Origin: a virus
Lineage: Duplodnaviria; Heunggongvirae; Uroviricota; Caudoviricetes
Strand: one strand, 5' to 3'
Length of the DNA: 36,707 nt
IMG/VR virus record: IMGVR_UViG_2698536471_000008
Shown here: positions 9,539 through 22,068 of the stretch, piece after piece
How the letters are laid out: each line of letters opens with the position of its first letter
How positions within the stretch are numbered: position 1 is the first letter of the stretch
Notes under the pieces: generated by a model
What the model saw: only the letters and a program-made list of their open reading frames with translations
Database searches by the model: none
Told to the model about the DNA's origin: nothing
Program-made: the position numbers and the translations under genes

Positions 9539-10439
9539 TTTCCACCTCTTCCGTGGTGTTTTCTTGCAGTTCTGTTAATGCAGCACGACATAGGTTCCGG
9601 GCATTGGCTATAGCCACACTTTTGACTTCATCCGTCATCGTGCAGGTAATGTACTGATCGAGTTCTTCAGCGCGGATGATGCTTTTGCCAATCAGAAACT
9701 GTATTTGCCATAGCAGATCGGCATCCATAATCAGAATTTCTGCCGGGCCTTCAGGGCCAGCCGGGAAGGAAACATAAGACTGTTTGCCCAGGCCGACAAC
9801 TCGACAACTTGCTTCAAGAATTGCGCGCTTGAGGTCTGACTTTATAACGGAAACAGGTTGATTTTCACCAGTGATTACGCCGTTGACATGGAAAGGCATG
9901 TAGCTTGAAATACGCTCTACTTTCCACACGCCAGCAAGCGATCCTTCATGCAGTACAATGGGGGTAACCGCGAGTTTCATCTCACCATATAACTGCTGGC
10001 AGATAGCTGGATTGCTGAATACATCTAAAGGCTCACATTCAAACAGCGGCGCAATCTGCATGAGGTCCATCATGGTCATCCCTGGGGTACGAGCAGTAAT
10101 GAATTTGCGCATACCAGTATCCATTGCGCTCCAGATTGCTACACCATGCTTTTTGCTCACTTCTTCAGTAAAGCCAAGGTGGCACATGATGGTTTTTTCG
10201 ATAGCCAGATCAGAGATAGAAACCTTTTCGCCAGGTACTCCATCATTATTGATGGTCACTTCGACACTCTGGCCATTACGTAGGCGGTATTGAATGGTTT
10301 TAGTATTTTGTGCTGTCATAGTCTTTTCTCTGCTTAAAAACTGATGTATTGCGTCTTCAGGTGGGTTAGGAATGTTTTCCCACCAGCGAAAGCAATATCT
10401 CGTGGTGTTCTGTTCGTTAAAAACGCGTGCCATTGCCAA
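9531..10439 (-). CDS. Hypothetical protein, upstream partner of the PacB paralog (N-terminus uncertain)
   Basis: ORF overlaps the downstream gene by 8 nt; an internal ATG at 10319 preceded by GAGAAAAG is a plausible alternative start (262 aa). Confidence 0.6.
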   Translation of the reverse strand: MAMARVFNEQNTTRYCFRWWENIPNPPEDAIHQFLSREKTMTAQNTKTIQYRLRNGQSVEVTINNDGVPGEKVSISDLAIEKTIMCHLGFTEEVSKKHGVAIWSAMDTGMRKFITARTPGMTMMDLMQIAPLFECEPLDVFSNPAICQQLYGEMKLAVTPIVLHEGSLAGVWKVERISSYMPFHVNGVITGENQPVSVIKSDLKRAILEASCRVVGLGKQSYVSFPAGPEGPAEILIMDADLLWQIQFLIGKSIIRAEELDQYITCTMTDEVKSVAIANARNLCRAALTELQENTTEEVESD

Positions 10440-10521
10440 CTTTGGCGTTTTTTAGCGAGTTCGTGCTTTTGTTGGCGTTTGGACCACCGCTTTTCTTTCA
10501 GTCGTTTTTTACTCATAAACT

Positions 10522-11010
10522 CTAAAACGGAATATCGTCTTCAAAGTCCATTGGAGGTTCGTTATTGGCGCTGCTCTGAGGTTTGCCGCCACCGCTGTAT
10601 TGCTGGTGGTTTTGAGGTTGGTTTGACTGCCCCCAGCCATTTGAGGACTGTGAATCGTCGCGGCGAGTGCCGATCATTTGCATGGTGCCGCCCTGGCTGA
10701 CGATAATTTCCGTCGTGTAACGTTCTACACCGGCGTCATCAGTCCACTTACGGGTTTTAAGTTTCCCTTCGATGTAGACCTGAGAACCTTTTCGTAAATA
10801 CTCACTCGCAATTTCAGCAAGTTTTCCGAACAAAACGACTTTATGCCATTCTGTTTGCTCTTTCTGTTGGCCCGTTTGCTTATCGCGCCATGATTCATTC
10901 GTTGCGATGCTGAGTCTTCCGACTGCGCCGCCATTTGGTATATACCTGATCTCCGGGTCTTGCCCCAGGGTACCAATCAGGATGACTTTGTTTACACCGC
11001 GTTGTGCCAC
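10522..11010 (-). CDS. ssb: Single-stranded DNA-binding protein
   Basis: OB-fold SSB N-terminal region, Gly/Gln-rich linker and canonical acidic C-terminal tail DDIPF; apparent GTG start. Confidence 0.9.
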   Translation of the reverse strand: MAQRGVNKVILIGTLGQDPEIRYIPNGGAVGRLSIATNESWRDKQTGQQKEQTEWHKVVLFGKLAEIASEYLRKGSQVYIEGKLKTRKWTDDAGVERYTTEIIVSQGGTMQMIGTRRDDSQSSNGWGQSNQPQNHQQYSGGGKPQSSANNEPPMDFEDDIPF

Positions 11011-11029
11011 TTTTCTTACCTAATAAAAT

Positions 11030-11046
11030 AAATTAATTAGAGCAAT
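11030..11046. promoter_or_regulatory. C1 repressor operator in the ssb-lyz divergent intergenic region
   Basis: AAATTAATTAGAGCAAT matches the reverse complement of the recalled P1 operator consensus ATTGCTCTAATAAATTT at 16 of 17 positions. Confidence 0.6.
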
Positions 11047-11179
11047 AATGTATATCTTTGAAACGTGGCTAACAAGTGATTTGCATTATCCTGTGCCTTC
11101 TAAAGGGATCGAGTCAGTCGGTATTGGCTGTGAATGAGTGTTTGTCCTGGAGCGTAAAAAATTCGCTTATGAGGTCTTT

Positions 11180-11737
11180 ATGAAGGGAAAAACAGCCGCA
11201 GGAGGCGGTGCAATTTGCGCTATCGCGGTGATGATTACCATCGTGATGGGTAATGGCAATGTGCGAACCAACCAGGCGGGGCTTGATCTGATTGGTAACG
11301 CTGAAGGTTGCCGACGTGATCCATACATGTGCCCGGCGGGGGTATGGACTGACGGGATCGGTAATACACACGGGGTAACGCCGGGTGTGCGAAAAACCGA
11401 CCAGCAAATCGCCGCTGATTGGGAAAAGAATATCCTGATCGCTGAACGCTGTATTAATCAGCACTTCCGGGGCAAAGACATGCCCGATAATGCCTTCAGT
11501 GCAATGACAAGCGCGGCATTCAATATGGGATGCAATAGCTTACGGACCTACTACAGCAAAGCGCGAGGCATGCGAGTAGAAACGTCCATCCACAAGTGGG
11601 CGCAGAAAGGGGAATGGGTGAATATGTGTAACCATCTCCCTGATTTCGTGAACAGTAACGGCGTGCCCCTGCGAGGTTTAAAGATTCGCCGTGAAAAAGA
11701 ACGCCAGCTTTGCCTGACGGGGCTTGTCAATGAATAA
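11180..11737 (+). CDS. lyz: SAR-type endolysin (lysozyme)
   Basis: 185-aa product starting MKGKTAAGGGAICAIAVMITIVMG (N-terminal signal-anchor-release segment) followed by a lysozyme-like domain; RBS GAGG 5 nt upstream of the ATG at 11180 (the track ORF starts further upstream). Confidence 0.85.
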   Translation: MKGKTAAGGGAICAIAVMITIVMGNGNVRTNQAGLDLIGNAEGCRRDPYMCPAGVWTDGIGNTHGVTPGVRKTDQQIAADWEKNILIAERCINQHFRGKDMPDNAFSAMTSAAFNMGCNSLRTYYSKARGMRVETSIHKWAQKGEWVNMCNHLPDFVNSNGVPLRGLKIRREKERQLCLTGLVNE

Positions 11738-11984
11738 ACTCCGGCAGCTCCGCCGACTTTCGACAATGAAGTTATCGCTGGCGGCGATAGTTTTTGACTC
11801 GATTTTCATGGCGGTATATGTGCTCAATGAGACGTGGCCACTGGAACCGCTATTGTATGCCGGGCTTCGGCTGTGCCTGACATTTTTGAGCATGGCTGCG
11901 AGATTGATGCAGCAGAAAGAAACCGCTTCAGATTGTCCACGCCGCGCGGTGCGCAAATATATGGCACGAAGGCGAAGGCGATAA
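11730..11984 (+). CDS. Small membrane protein overlapping the lyz stop (possible lysis accessory or spanin-like)
   Basis: ATG embedded in the lyz stop region (caATGaaTAA); one TM segment and an Arg-rich C-terminus; followed by a strong terminator. Confidence 0.45.
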   Translation: MNKLRQLRRLSTMKLSLAAIVFDSIFMAVYVLNETWPLEPLLYAGLRLCLTFLSMAARLMQQKETASDCPRRAVRKYMARRRRR

Positions 11985-11997
11985 TAGTTAACGAGAA

Positions 11998-12025
11998 CCC
12001 CGGCAGCTGCCGGGGTTATTTTTGG
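11998..12025 (+). terminator. Rho-independent terminator
   Basis: Perfect palindrome CCCCGGCAGCTGCCGGGG followed by TTATTTTT. Confidence 0.7.
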
Positions 12026-12028
12026 TGG

Positions 12029-14759
<2,731 letters not shown>

Positions 14760-14826
14760 TTAATTAGAATAATTCGCATCGTGTTTGAACGGAAATTTAA
14801 CACTAGTCACTTGTTAAGGATTACCA

Positions 14827-17800
14827 ATGAACAAGCTATCTATGGGGGTGTTTCGCTGTTCAAGTGTCAGCGAAATATTGAAATACATTAGGGCAATAAC
14901 ATCTCACCGAGCGCCGATTAAATACGGCGTGGAAAAGGTGGAAGGCAAAAGCTATGACCGACTGCGCCGTGAGGCGAATCAGAAGGCGATAGATTTGCTT
15001 AATTCGCTGGTGGACGGCGCGACACTGACAGATGAACAGCGCCAGATCCTGGCTGGGTACACCGGTGAAGGCGGCATTGGCGGGTCCGTCTCCGAATATT
15101 ACACACCAAAGCCGATCGCTGAAGGTGTCTGGGAGATCATGAAGCTCTACGGCGCGGACGTAGGTAACACTCTGGAACCATCGGCGGGAACCGGCGTTTT
15201 TAATGAGACAAAACCGGTTGGTACGGTGATGACCGCGACTGAGATCAGCAGTGTTTCCGGTCGTATAAACCAGCTGTTGCACCCGGAAGACAGCGTACAG
15301 ATTTCTCCGTTCGAACAACTGGCTGTAAGCACGCCTAACGATTCATTCGACCATGTTGTGGGTAACGTTCCGTTCGGTGGTCGTGATAACACACGCAACA
15401 TCGATAAGCCTTACGCAGAAGAAACGGACATGGGTTCTTACTTCATGCTCCGCATGCTGGACAAGATAAAGCCAGGCGGATTCATGTGCGTGATTGTGCC
15501 GCCGTCCATTGTTTCAGGTTCAAACATGAAGCGGTTACGCCTGCGCCTATCACGGAAAGCTGAATTTCTTGGTGCCCACCGCTTGCCTACCGGTACTTTT
15601 GACGCAAACGGGACCAGTACAGTTGTTGATGTGGTGCTGATGCGCAAACATCCGGCAGAGATGGCTGAGAAAATCCCCCTGGTGGATGAAAGCACTCTCG
15701 AATCGGCAAATGTGCTTTGGCCAACGTTTATTTCTGGCAAGTGGTTTGAAAAGGACGGCCGCCGGTTTGTTCATGGCACCCAGGAAAAGGGCTTCCAGGG
15801 GCGTATTGAGGTTCGTGCCGACGGTCAGATTGATAACCAGGCTCTTAAAGCGAAGCTGATTCATCGTTTCGAAAGCCGTATCGACTGGTCTTTGCTCGAT
15901 ATGGCTGAACCGTCACCGACCGCAGACGTTGTTGGTGAAGGGGAAATGCGCCTGATTAATGGCGTATGGCAAAAATATGCTGGTGGTCGCTGGATTGAAG
16001 CTGATGCCGGGAAGGAACTTAAGATCGATGCTGCCAGTTATGGCGCGGATAGCTGGGAGGCTCTTCAGCGTAACCTGACTACAACAGAAGGCCGTCTCGG
16101 CATGACATTTACCCAGATGGCAAATGTCCGCGATAAGTACACCACATCAATCAGCGACGATATGGTGCAGCTGGTGGACTGGATTAACAGCCAGCCTGAA
16201 AAATACCGTGAACGCTTGTATCGCGGGGCGATGATTGGCCGGATGTTAATTGAATATCAGGACATGAAGGCCGCCGGGCATAGTGCTGAACAAATCGAAC
16301 AGCAGCGCCTTTCTCTGGTATCCCGTTTGCAGGCAGAGATTGACCGTTTTGGTAACCCCGGTCGCGGTCCGATAGCGAAATTGTCGGGGAGCGGTGCGCG
16401 CGCTTGGTTTGCTTTCCGTGGTGCAATTAAGCTGGATGGCACTATTTCTGACGAGCTGACAGGGAAGCTGGTTACGCATGATTCCAGCGCAAGTTATGAC
16501 TCCACCAGCTATCAGGACACCCTGCGTTATCTCTATAGCGATCTCACCCGCGATCCAATCCAGCTCGATGATTTCCGCCTTGCGTTTACCGGCGAACTGC
16601 CAGCCAGTGATGAAGAGTTGCTTAATTTATTGGCCAGCACCCCTGGTATTGCGGTTTCACCGTATGGCGGGATTGTTCCGTTCGCCCGCGCCACCAGCGG
16701 CGACATTAACGAGATAGTGGCTCCAAAACAGGAATTCCTCGCCACACTCCCCGACGGTCCAGTAAAGAACAACGTCCTTAATCAGCTGGCAGCTATCGAA
16801 GAGAAGCGCATCAAGACGCCAGCAGAGAATATCCGGTTTAAGCTCAATAGCCGTTGGTTCGACCGTTCCGTCATTCTGGAATTTTTGCAGGAAAACGGCT
16901 ATCCGGATCTGCGCTATGTGCAGTCAGTGCAGCTGGAAGGCGACGAAATGGTTTCTGACACCTATCACGGTGGTGATGGTCTGTTCGTCGGGCACCGATA
17001 CGGTGTCGTCCAGCGCAAGGATAAAGAAACAGGTGAGATTCGCTACGAGTGGGACCGTAAATCAGGTGAAAACGCGACCGGGTTCCCGGCACAGCTGGAA
17101 AAGTATCTCAATGGTGCGCGTATCGGTGGCAAAGATAGCGCGACGGCGAACGGCTACCGCGAGCAGATGGCACTGCTTGAGGACCAGTTCAATAAGTGGA
17201 TCAAGACGCACGATCGCTACGATGAGCTGGTTGCCAAATACAACGATGTGTTCAATAGCAATATCCCGTATGAACACTCTGGCGATCCGCTTGGGTTGAA
17301 GGGATTAAGCGGTAAGCGCCAGCCATTTGATTACCAGAATAGCGAGGTGCGCCGACTGTCCGAAGATGGGCGCGGCATCCTGGGCTTCGGCACCGGGCTG
17401 GGTAAAACCACGACCGCGCTGGCGCTTGAGGCGTTCAACTATGAGAACGGTCGCTCCACCCGTACTGCGTATGTAGTGCCTAAATCAGTGCTGGAAAACT
17501 GGTATTACGAAGCAAAAGAATTCCTGAGTGAAGAGGCATTCAGTAACTACCTGTTCGTCGGTCTTGATGTGCTGATGGATGGCGATCAGATTCGCCAGGT
17601 GCAGGTGCTCGATGAGAACGGTAAACCTGTTCTTGGTACTGATGGCACTCCAGTTATGCGCGATGCTCTTAAGCTGGCAGATGAAGCCACTATCACGGCG
17701 CGGATGAACGCGATCCCGCACTCAAATTACCGTGCAGTCGTGTTTACCAAAGAACAATACGCCCGCATTCCGCTACGTGATGACACCGTAGATGAGCATG

Positions 17801-20800
17801 CACAGGATATGCTTTATGACTTCGTTGCCGCCGGACGCGTAGCCAGCGCAATGGACTCCGACTCCCACCGCAAAGAGGCCGCGCGTCGCCGGGTATTGTC
17901 GGAGTATTCAGATACCGGCACCGAAAAAGCAGAGAAGTATCCGTACTTTGAGGATATGGGCTTCGATAGTGTGATCGCTGACGAAGGTCACAACTACCGC
18001 AATAGCTATAAAAATGGTCGCGAAGCGTCACAACTGGCCTATCTGCCCACCAGCGCGGTGGCGCAATCGGCGCGAGATATGGCAATTAAAAACGCGTACC
18101 TGATGAAAAAGAATGGTGGGCGCGGGCCGGTTCTCCTGACTGCAACGCCAGTCGTTAACACCCCGATCGATGCATACAACATGCTTTCTCATGTTCTGCC
18201 GAAGGAATACTGGCAGAACATGGGGATCTACGGTCCTGATGACTTCGTTAAATTCTTCGGCAAGACCAGGCTGGAAACGGTACAGAAAATTAGCGGTGAA
18301 GTTGAAGAAAAAATGGCGCTGGTGGGCTTTGAAAACCTTGATGCGCTGCGCGGTATATTCCATCGCTGGGTAACGCTTAAAACGGCGGAAGACGTTAAGG
18401 ATACCGTGGAGATCCCGGAGCTGGACGAACACCAGCAGGATGCACCACTTACTGAAGAACAACTGGCGGCGTATGAAGAATTGCGTCAGCAGGCGGAAGC
18501 GGCGGCCAAAGCCAACAATGGCGTAACGACCTCGGTCAATGAAGACGGCGTGATTGAGCACGAGAAAGCCCGTCCGATCTTCTCAATAATCAGGGATATG
18601 GACCGCGTATGTACTGACATGGACCTGTACTATCGCCGGATCACCTATCGTTTCCTGCCGGAGTACGCCGATGCGGTGCAGCAGCTGGCGGACAGTTTGC
18701 CTAAACAAGCCACCAGCGAAGACGACGACAGTGATGATTCAATCACGCAGCAATCGCAATACTCCCTGATAGATAAGGGCGAGTTTATTCAGTTGCAGGT
18801 TCCGGAAGCGTTCGAGCAGGAAGTGAATAAGCGCCTGGCCAGGTTTGGCATTGACGAACAGACCGTAACTCACCCCGTTACGCCCAAATACGCGAAGCTG
18901 ATTGCCACGCTGAAGGAGTTTTTCCCGGAAGGTAAGCAAATCATCTTCACCGATGAAAAAACGCAGCACCAGAAGCTCAAGCGCATTATCTGCAATGCTC
19001 TTAACCTTGAACCTTCAAAGGTGGGGATACTGAATGCTCAGACGGTTGCCGAGGCAGGTAAAACCGGTAAGAAACTGAAAGCGGTTAAACCGCCGAAAGA
19101 GTTACCGGATGAACCAACAGATGCACAGATAGCGAAATACAACGAGCAAATGGCTCTGTATGACGCCTATATCGCGCAGCAAAATGAAATGTCGTTGGGC
19201 GGTCTGGAAAAGATTGCAGCCGACTTCCAGGAGGGCCGGACTCCGATCATCATCTGCAACAAAAAGGCAGAGGTGGGTATCAACCTGCATCGAGGAACGA
19301 CTGACATCCATCATCTGACGTTGCCATGGACTCCAGCCAGTATTGCGCAACGAAACGGTCGCGGTGCCCGAGTTGGCTCCAACCGTGCAAGCGTTCGCGT
19401 TCACTACTACTGCGGCAAGGGGTCTTTCGATGAATACCGACTGAAGACGCTGAAGCGTAAAGCAGGCTGGATCTCCGATATCCTCCGTTCAGATAAGTCA
19501 GAAATGGAGAACGCCGACGCCAACGATATGATCGAAATGCAGATGTATACCGCGAAGGATGACGGCGAACGTCTGGCAATGATGCAGGTTCAAATGGATA
19601 AGGCGAAAGCTGCGAAACGCGCTCGCCAGAAAGAACAGGCTACTATCGACCTTCAGAACTACATCAAGGCGCAGCACGCAGCTGGTGAGGATGTGGAGGT
19701 ACTTACCGCTGAATTGGAGCGAAGCAAAGCGGAACTTGAAAAGACCACCGCCGACGTCGCCAAATTCAAACAGGCGGTAATGGCCAAAGCAGCTGATAAC
19801 GCAGACTGGAAAGCCCGCTGGGGTAGCGTCCATCACACAGACCGTATGTTGTTAGCACAGTATCGCGCGTCGTTGAAAAGCGCCATTCAGCGCAAGGCTA
19901 ATATCTCTCAGGCCATCTCCCGCTATGAGAAATTATTGAACCGTACTCAGAAGGCCGCGACGGATATCAAACGCCTGCGCCCGCTGGTGGAGGATGCAAT
20001 AAATAAAGGCATTCTGGATGTTGATCCTGATCTGGTTAACCATGCGAATGAGTTCCTTGTTATCGGCGATCGCTCATGGCGTGTAGGCCAATACTATGAT
20101 TGTGCCGGTGATATCGTTCGCATTAAGTCGCTGGACTTCGACAGCCAGCGCGCAGACGTGGAGATCATCTTTACCTTCAAAGGCACCAAATCGGGTAACT
20201 GGGATGTGAAGACGCTGGATAAACAGGTTGATGTAACTCCCGATGAAGATGCTGTTATGCAGAAAATCAGTGGTGGCGTCTCCATCGCCGGGATTAACGA
20301 CATCGTTTCCTGTGACGATTTCTACCGTTTCCAGCAGCGCGGCATGATCAAAATCACTGACTCATACGGCGTTCAGACTACAGAGTCAGGCTATAGCATT
20401 GATTTTGTTGGTACCTATACGGACCCACTGAAGCATGCGGTTTACCCGGATCGCCGTGACAGCGCGCTGAAGTCGTCAATTGCAAAATGGGTGCTTGGTA
20501 TGATGTCGGAAGGGAATAACCGCCAGATCCGTTCGGCAGAAACATTCCTGGTTGAACTGTTTGGCTCCAATTATGGCGATGTAATCGCGTCATACGGAGA
20601 TACGCTATCCCCTGAAGCAATTCAGGAGAAAATAGCGGATGCGATCGCCAGAATGCCGGAAAAAACAAGCCAGGGGGCTACTCGTAACGGGGATTCTGAA
20701 CTTGAAGTCACCAATGCCATTTTCGGTACCAATGAGTTCCGGGCGTCAGATTATGAGATCACCACAGCACAGTTTGGCACCATTGGCATTTACAGCAATA

Positions 20801-21594
20801 AAGACGAGATCAAGCAGACAATGGACGCAGCAAGCGCGCGCATTGCAGCAGAACGGAAAGCCAATCTGAATCATGCAGTCGCCGCGCTGACTCAATCGTG
20901 GGTAACAGCAATCAGGGAGGCCGCCACCACAGGGAAAATCACACCGGCAATTGCGGATGTCGTAAACGACGGCTCTAAATTTATGGATGCCTATCAAATG
21001 GATGCGGTGCAGTTGCCATCAGCCTATGGGCAACTCAGCTATCGCATGACCTACAACCTGGTATCAATGTTTACCGACCTTGCCATCCTTGGGCTGGTGG
21101 ACCTTAACGAGGTTACGCCGGAATTGCTCAGCATGCGCAAGAATCATGTGGAGATATTGCACAGAATTAACACGGTACTTGCCGGGCGCACCGATGAAGA
21201 GAAACAGGCAGACGCTGATCGGATAAACCTGGCCCTTGGCAACATCACGGAGGAAGAAATTGCCGCCAGAAACGAGAAACAAGAAGAGTTATCATCAATA
21301 CAGGGTGATGCCACCAGCATAGCTCAGTCTCTTGGTCTGAATTATCGCGTATCCACCGCCGACCTGAAGATGATGTACGCACCAAAATTCGCCGCTGGCG
21401 AGGTATTTGGGCTTCAGGATGCCTCCGGCATGAAAGGGGTTCTTTTCCGTGCGAAAGACGCAATCAAGGCGAAATTCGGCGCTCGCTGGTTGCCAGCGAA
21501 GGCGAAGAACAGCGACTTCCCAGGTAACTGGTGGATTATCGAGACAAAACACAACGTGGCGGACGTTCTGGCCGTCATCCAACAATACGCATAA
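14827..21594 (+). CDS. darB: DarB antirestriction protein: N-terminal N6-adenine methyltransferase-like domain fused to an SF2 helicase
   Basis: 2255 aa; AdoMet motif EPSAGTGVF (nt 15178-15204), NVPF motif IV (15364-15375), Walker A GFGTGLGKTT (17383-17409), DEGH motif II (17980-17991), QRNGRGAR motif VI; size and position match P1 DarB. Confidence 0.85.
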   Translation: MNKLSMGVFRCSSVSEILKYIRAITSHRAPIKYGVEKVEGKSYDRLRREANQKAIDLLNSLVDGATLTDEQRQILAGYTGEGGIGGSVSEYYTPKPIAEGVWEIMKLYGADVGNTLEPSAGTGVFNETKPVGTVMTATEISSVSGRINQLLHPEDSVQISPFEQLAVSTPNDSFDHVVGNVPFGGRDNTRNIDKPYAEETDMGSYFMLRMLDKIKPGGFMCVIVPPSIVSGSNMKRLRLRLSRKAEFLGAHRLPTGTFDANGTSTVVDVVLMRKHPAEMAEKIPLVDESTLESANVLWPTFISGKWFEKDGRRFVHGTQEKGFQGRIEVRADGQIDNQALKAKLIHRFESRIDWSLLDMAEPSPTADVVGEGEMRLINGVWQKYAGGRWIEADAGKELKIDAASYGADSWEALQRNLTTTEGRLGMTFTQMANVRDKYTTSISDDMVQLVDWINSQPEKYRERLYRGAMIGRMLIEYQDMKAAGHSAEQIEQQRLSLVSRLQAEIDRFGNPGRGPIAKLSGSGARAWFAFRGAIKLDGTISDELTGKLVTHDSSASYDSTSYQDTLRYLYSDLTRDPIQLDDFRLAFTGELPASDEELLNLLASTPGIAVSPYGGIVPFARATSGDINEIVAPKQEFLATLPDGPVKNNVLNQLAAIEEKRIKTPAENIRFKLNSRWFDRSVILEFLQENGYPDLRYVQSVQLEGDEMVSDTYHGGDGLFVGHRYGVVQRKDKETGEIRYEWDRKSGENATGFPAQLEKYLNGARIGGKDSATANGYREQMALLEDQFNKWIKTHDRYDELVAKYNDVFNSNIPYEHSGDPLGLKGLSGKRQPFDYQNSEVRRLSEDGRGILGFGTGLGKTTTALALEAFNYENGRSTRTAYVVPKSVLENWYYEAKEFLSEEAFSNYLFVGLDVLMDGDQIRQVQVLDENGKPVLGTDGTPVMRDALKLADEATITARMNAIPHSNYRAVVFTKEQYARIPLRDDTVDEHAQDMLYDFVAAGRVASAMDSDSHRKEAARRRVLSEYSDTGTEKAEKYPYFEDMGFDSVIADEGHNYRNSYKNGREASQLAYLPTSAVAQSARDMAIKNAYLMKKNGGRGPVLLTATPVVNTPIDAYNMLSHVLPKEYWQNMGIYGPDDFVKFFGKTRLETVQKISGEVEEKMALVGFENLDALRGIFHRWVTLKTAEDVKDTVEIPELDEHQQDAPLTEEQLAAYEELRQQAEAAAKANNGVTTSVNEDGVIEHEKARPIFSIIRDMDRVCTDMDLYYRRITYRFLPEYADAVQQLADSLPKQATSEDDDSDDSITQQSQYSLIDKGEFIQLQVPEAFEQEVNKRLARFGIDEQTVTHPVTPKYAKLIATLKEFFPEGKQIIFTDEKTQHQKLKRIICNALNLEPSKVGILNAQTVAEAGKTGKKLKAVKPPKELPDEPTDAQIAKYNEQMALYDAYIAQQNEMSLGGLEKIAADFQEGRTPIIICNKKAEVGINLHRGTTDIHHLTLPWTPASIAQRNGRGARVGSNRASVRVHYYCGKGSFDEYRLKTLKRKAGWISDILRSDKSEMENADANDMIEMQMYTAKDDGERLAMMQVQMDKAKAAKRARQKEQATIDLQNYIKAQHAAGEDVEVLTAELERSKAELEKTTADVAKFKQAVMAKAADNADWKARWGSVHHTDRMLLAQYRASLKSAIQRKANISQAISRYEKLLNRTQKAATDIKRLRPLVEDAINKGILDVDPDLVNHANEFLVIGDRSWRVGQYYDCAGDIVRIKSLDFDSQRADVEIIFTFKGTKSGNWDVKTLDKQVDVTPDEDAVMQKISGGVSIAGINDIVSCDDFYRFQQRGMIKITDSYGVQTTESGYSIDFVGTYTDPLKHAVYPDRRDSALKSSIAKWVLGMMSEGNNRQIRSAETFLVELFGSNYGDVIASYGDTLSPEAIQEKIADAIARMPEKTSQGATRNGDSELEVTNAIFGTNEFRASDYEITTAQFGTIGIYSNKDEIKQTMDAASARIAAERKANLNHAVAALTQSWVTAIREAATTGKITPAIADVVNDGSKFMDAYQMDAVQLPSAYGQLSYRMTYNLVSMFTDLAILGLVDLNEVTPELLSMRKNHVEILHRINTVLAGRTDEEKQADADRINLALGNITEEEIAARNEKQEELSSIQGDATSIAQSLGLNYRVSTADLKMMYAPKFAAGEVFGLQDASGMKGVLFRAKDAIKAKFGARWLPAKAKNSDFPGNWWIIETKHNVADVLAVIQQYA

Positions 21595-21627
21595 CAGGAG
21601 CGCCCGGTTCGCCGGGCGTCGCATAAT

Positions 21628-22068
21628 ATGGCCACACTATCTGATACAATAAAACCGAATAAAACATATCTTGAGGCGGTACTCCGTACAGCGTTGTTAG
21701 GAAAGACAGAAGACGAATACGTTGATTTCTTCCTGTCAGGGCTACGCGGGCGATTACTGAAAAATCCCCGCCTGTACCGCAGCTATGGTCCATACTGGCC
21801 GGAAATTAAAAAATTATTACTGGAGCGCGGTTATGGTAATTTCGGTCGTCTCGTTGACCGTGACGTTCGCAAAATTTACCGTTATGACCGCCCGGCGCTA
21901 ACACTCATAGCCGCGACGCTCTACAGCCAGGAGCGTTTTGATAATGGTCAGATATACTCAGCCTGGCATTTACTGCCAGTGCCTGAAGAAGTTGACGACC
22001 AGGACTATGAGTTTGAGTCTTACGATTTGGAAGTTGAAGCCTTGGCACAGGCTGGAGAGAAAACTTGA
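21628..22068 (+). CDS. Ulx-like protein (by position downstream of darB)
   Basis: 146-aa ORF; start preceded by an SD-hairpin arrangement; 4-nt overlap with the next ORF. Confidence 0.5.
   Translation: MATLSDTIKPNKTYLEAVLRTALLGKTEDEYVDFFLSGLRGRLLKNPRLYRSYGPYWPEIKKLLLERGYGNFGRLVDRDVRKIYRYDRPALTLIAATLYSQERFDNGQIYSAWHLLPVPEEVDDQDYEFESYDLEVEALAQAGEKT

Noticed and set aside
8444-10439. IS1 (insA/insB) as present between isaA and isaB in P1
   Set aside because: Looked for transposase-like ORFs and terminal inverted repeats here and found none; the two ORFs overlap directly.
10344-10700. Plus-strand 118-aa ORF overlapping ssb
   Set aside because: Antisense to the well-supported ssb gene with no start signal; shadow ORF.
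18028-18561. Minus-strand 177-aa ORF, and other antisense ORFs inside darB
   Set aside because: Embedded in the continuous 2255-aa darB frame that carries recognisable methyltransferase and helicase motifs; antisense shadow ORFs.
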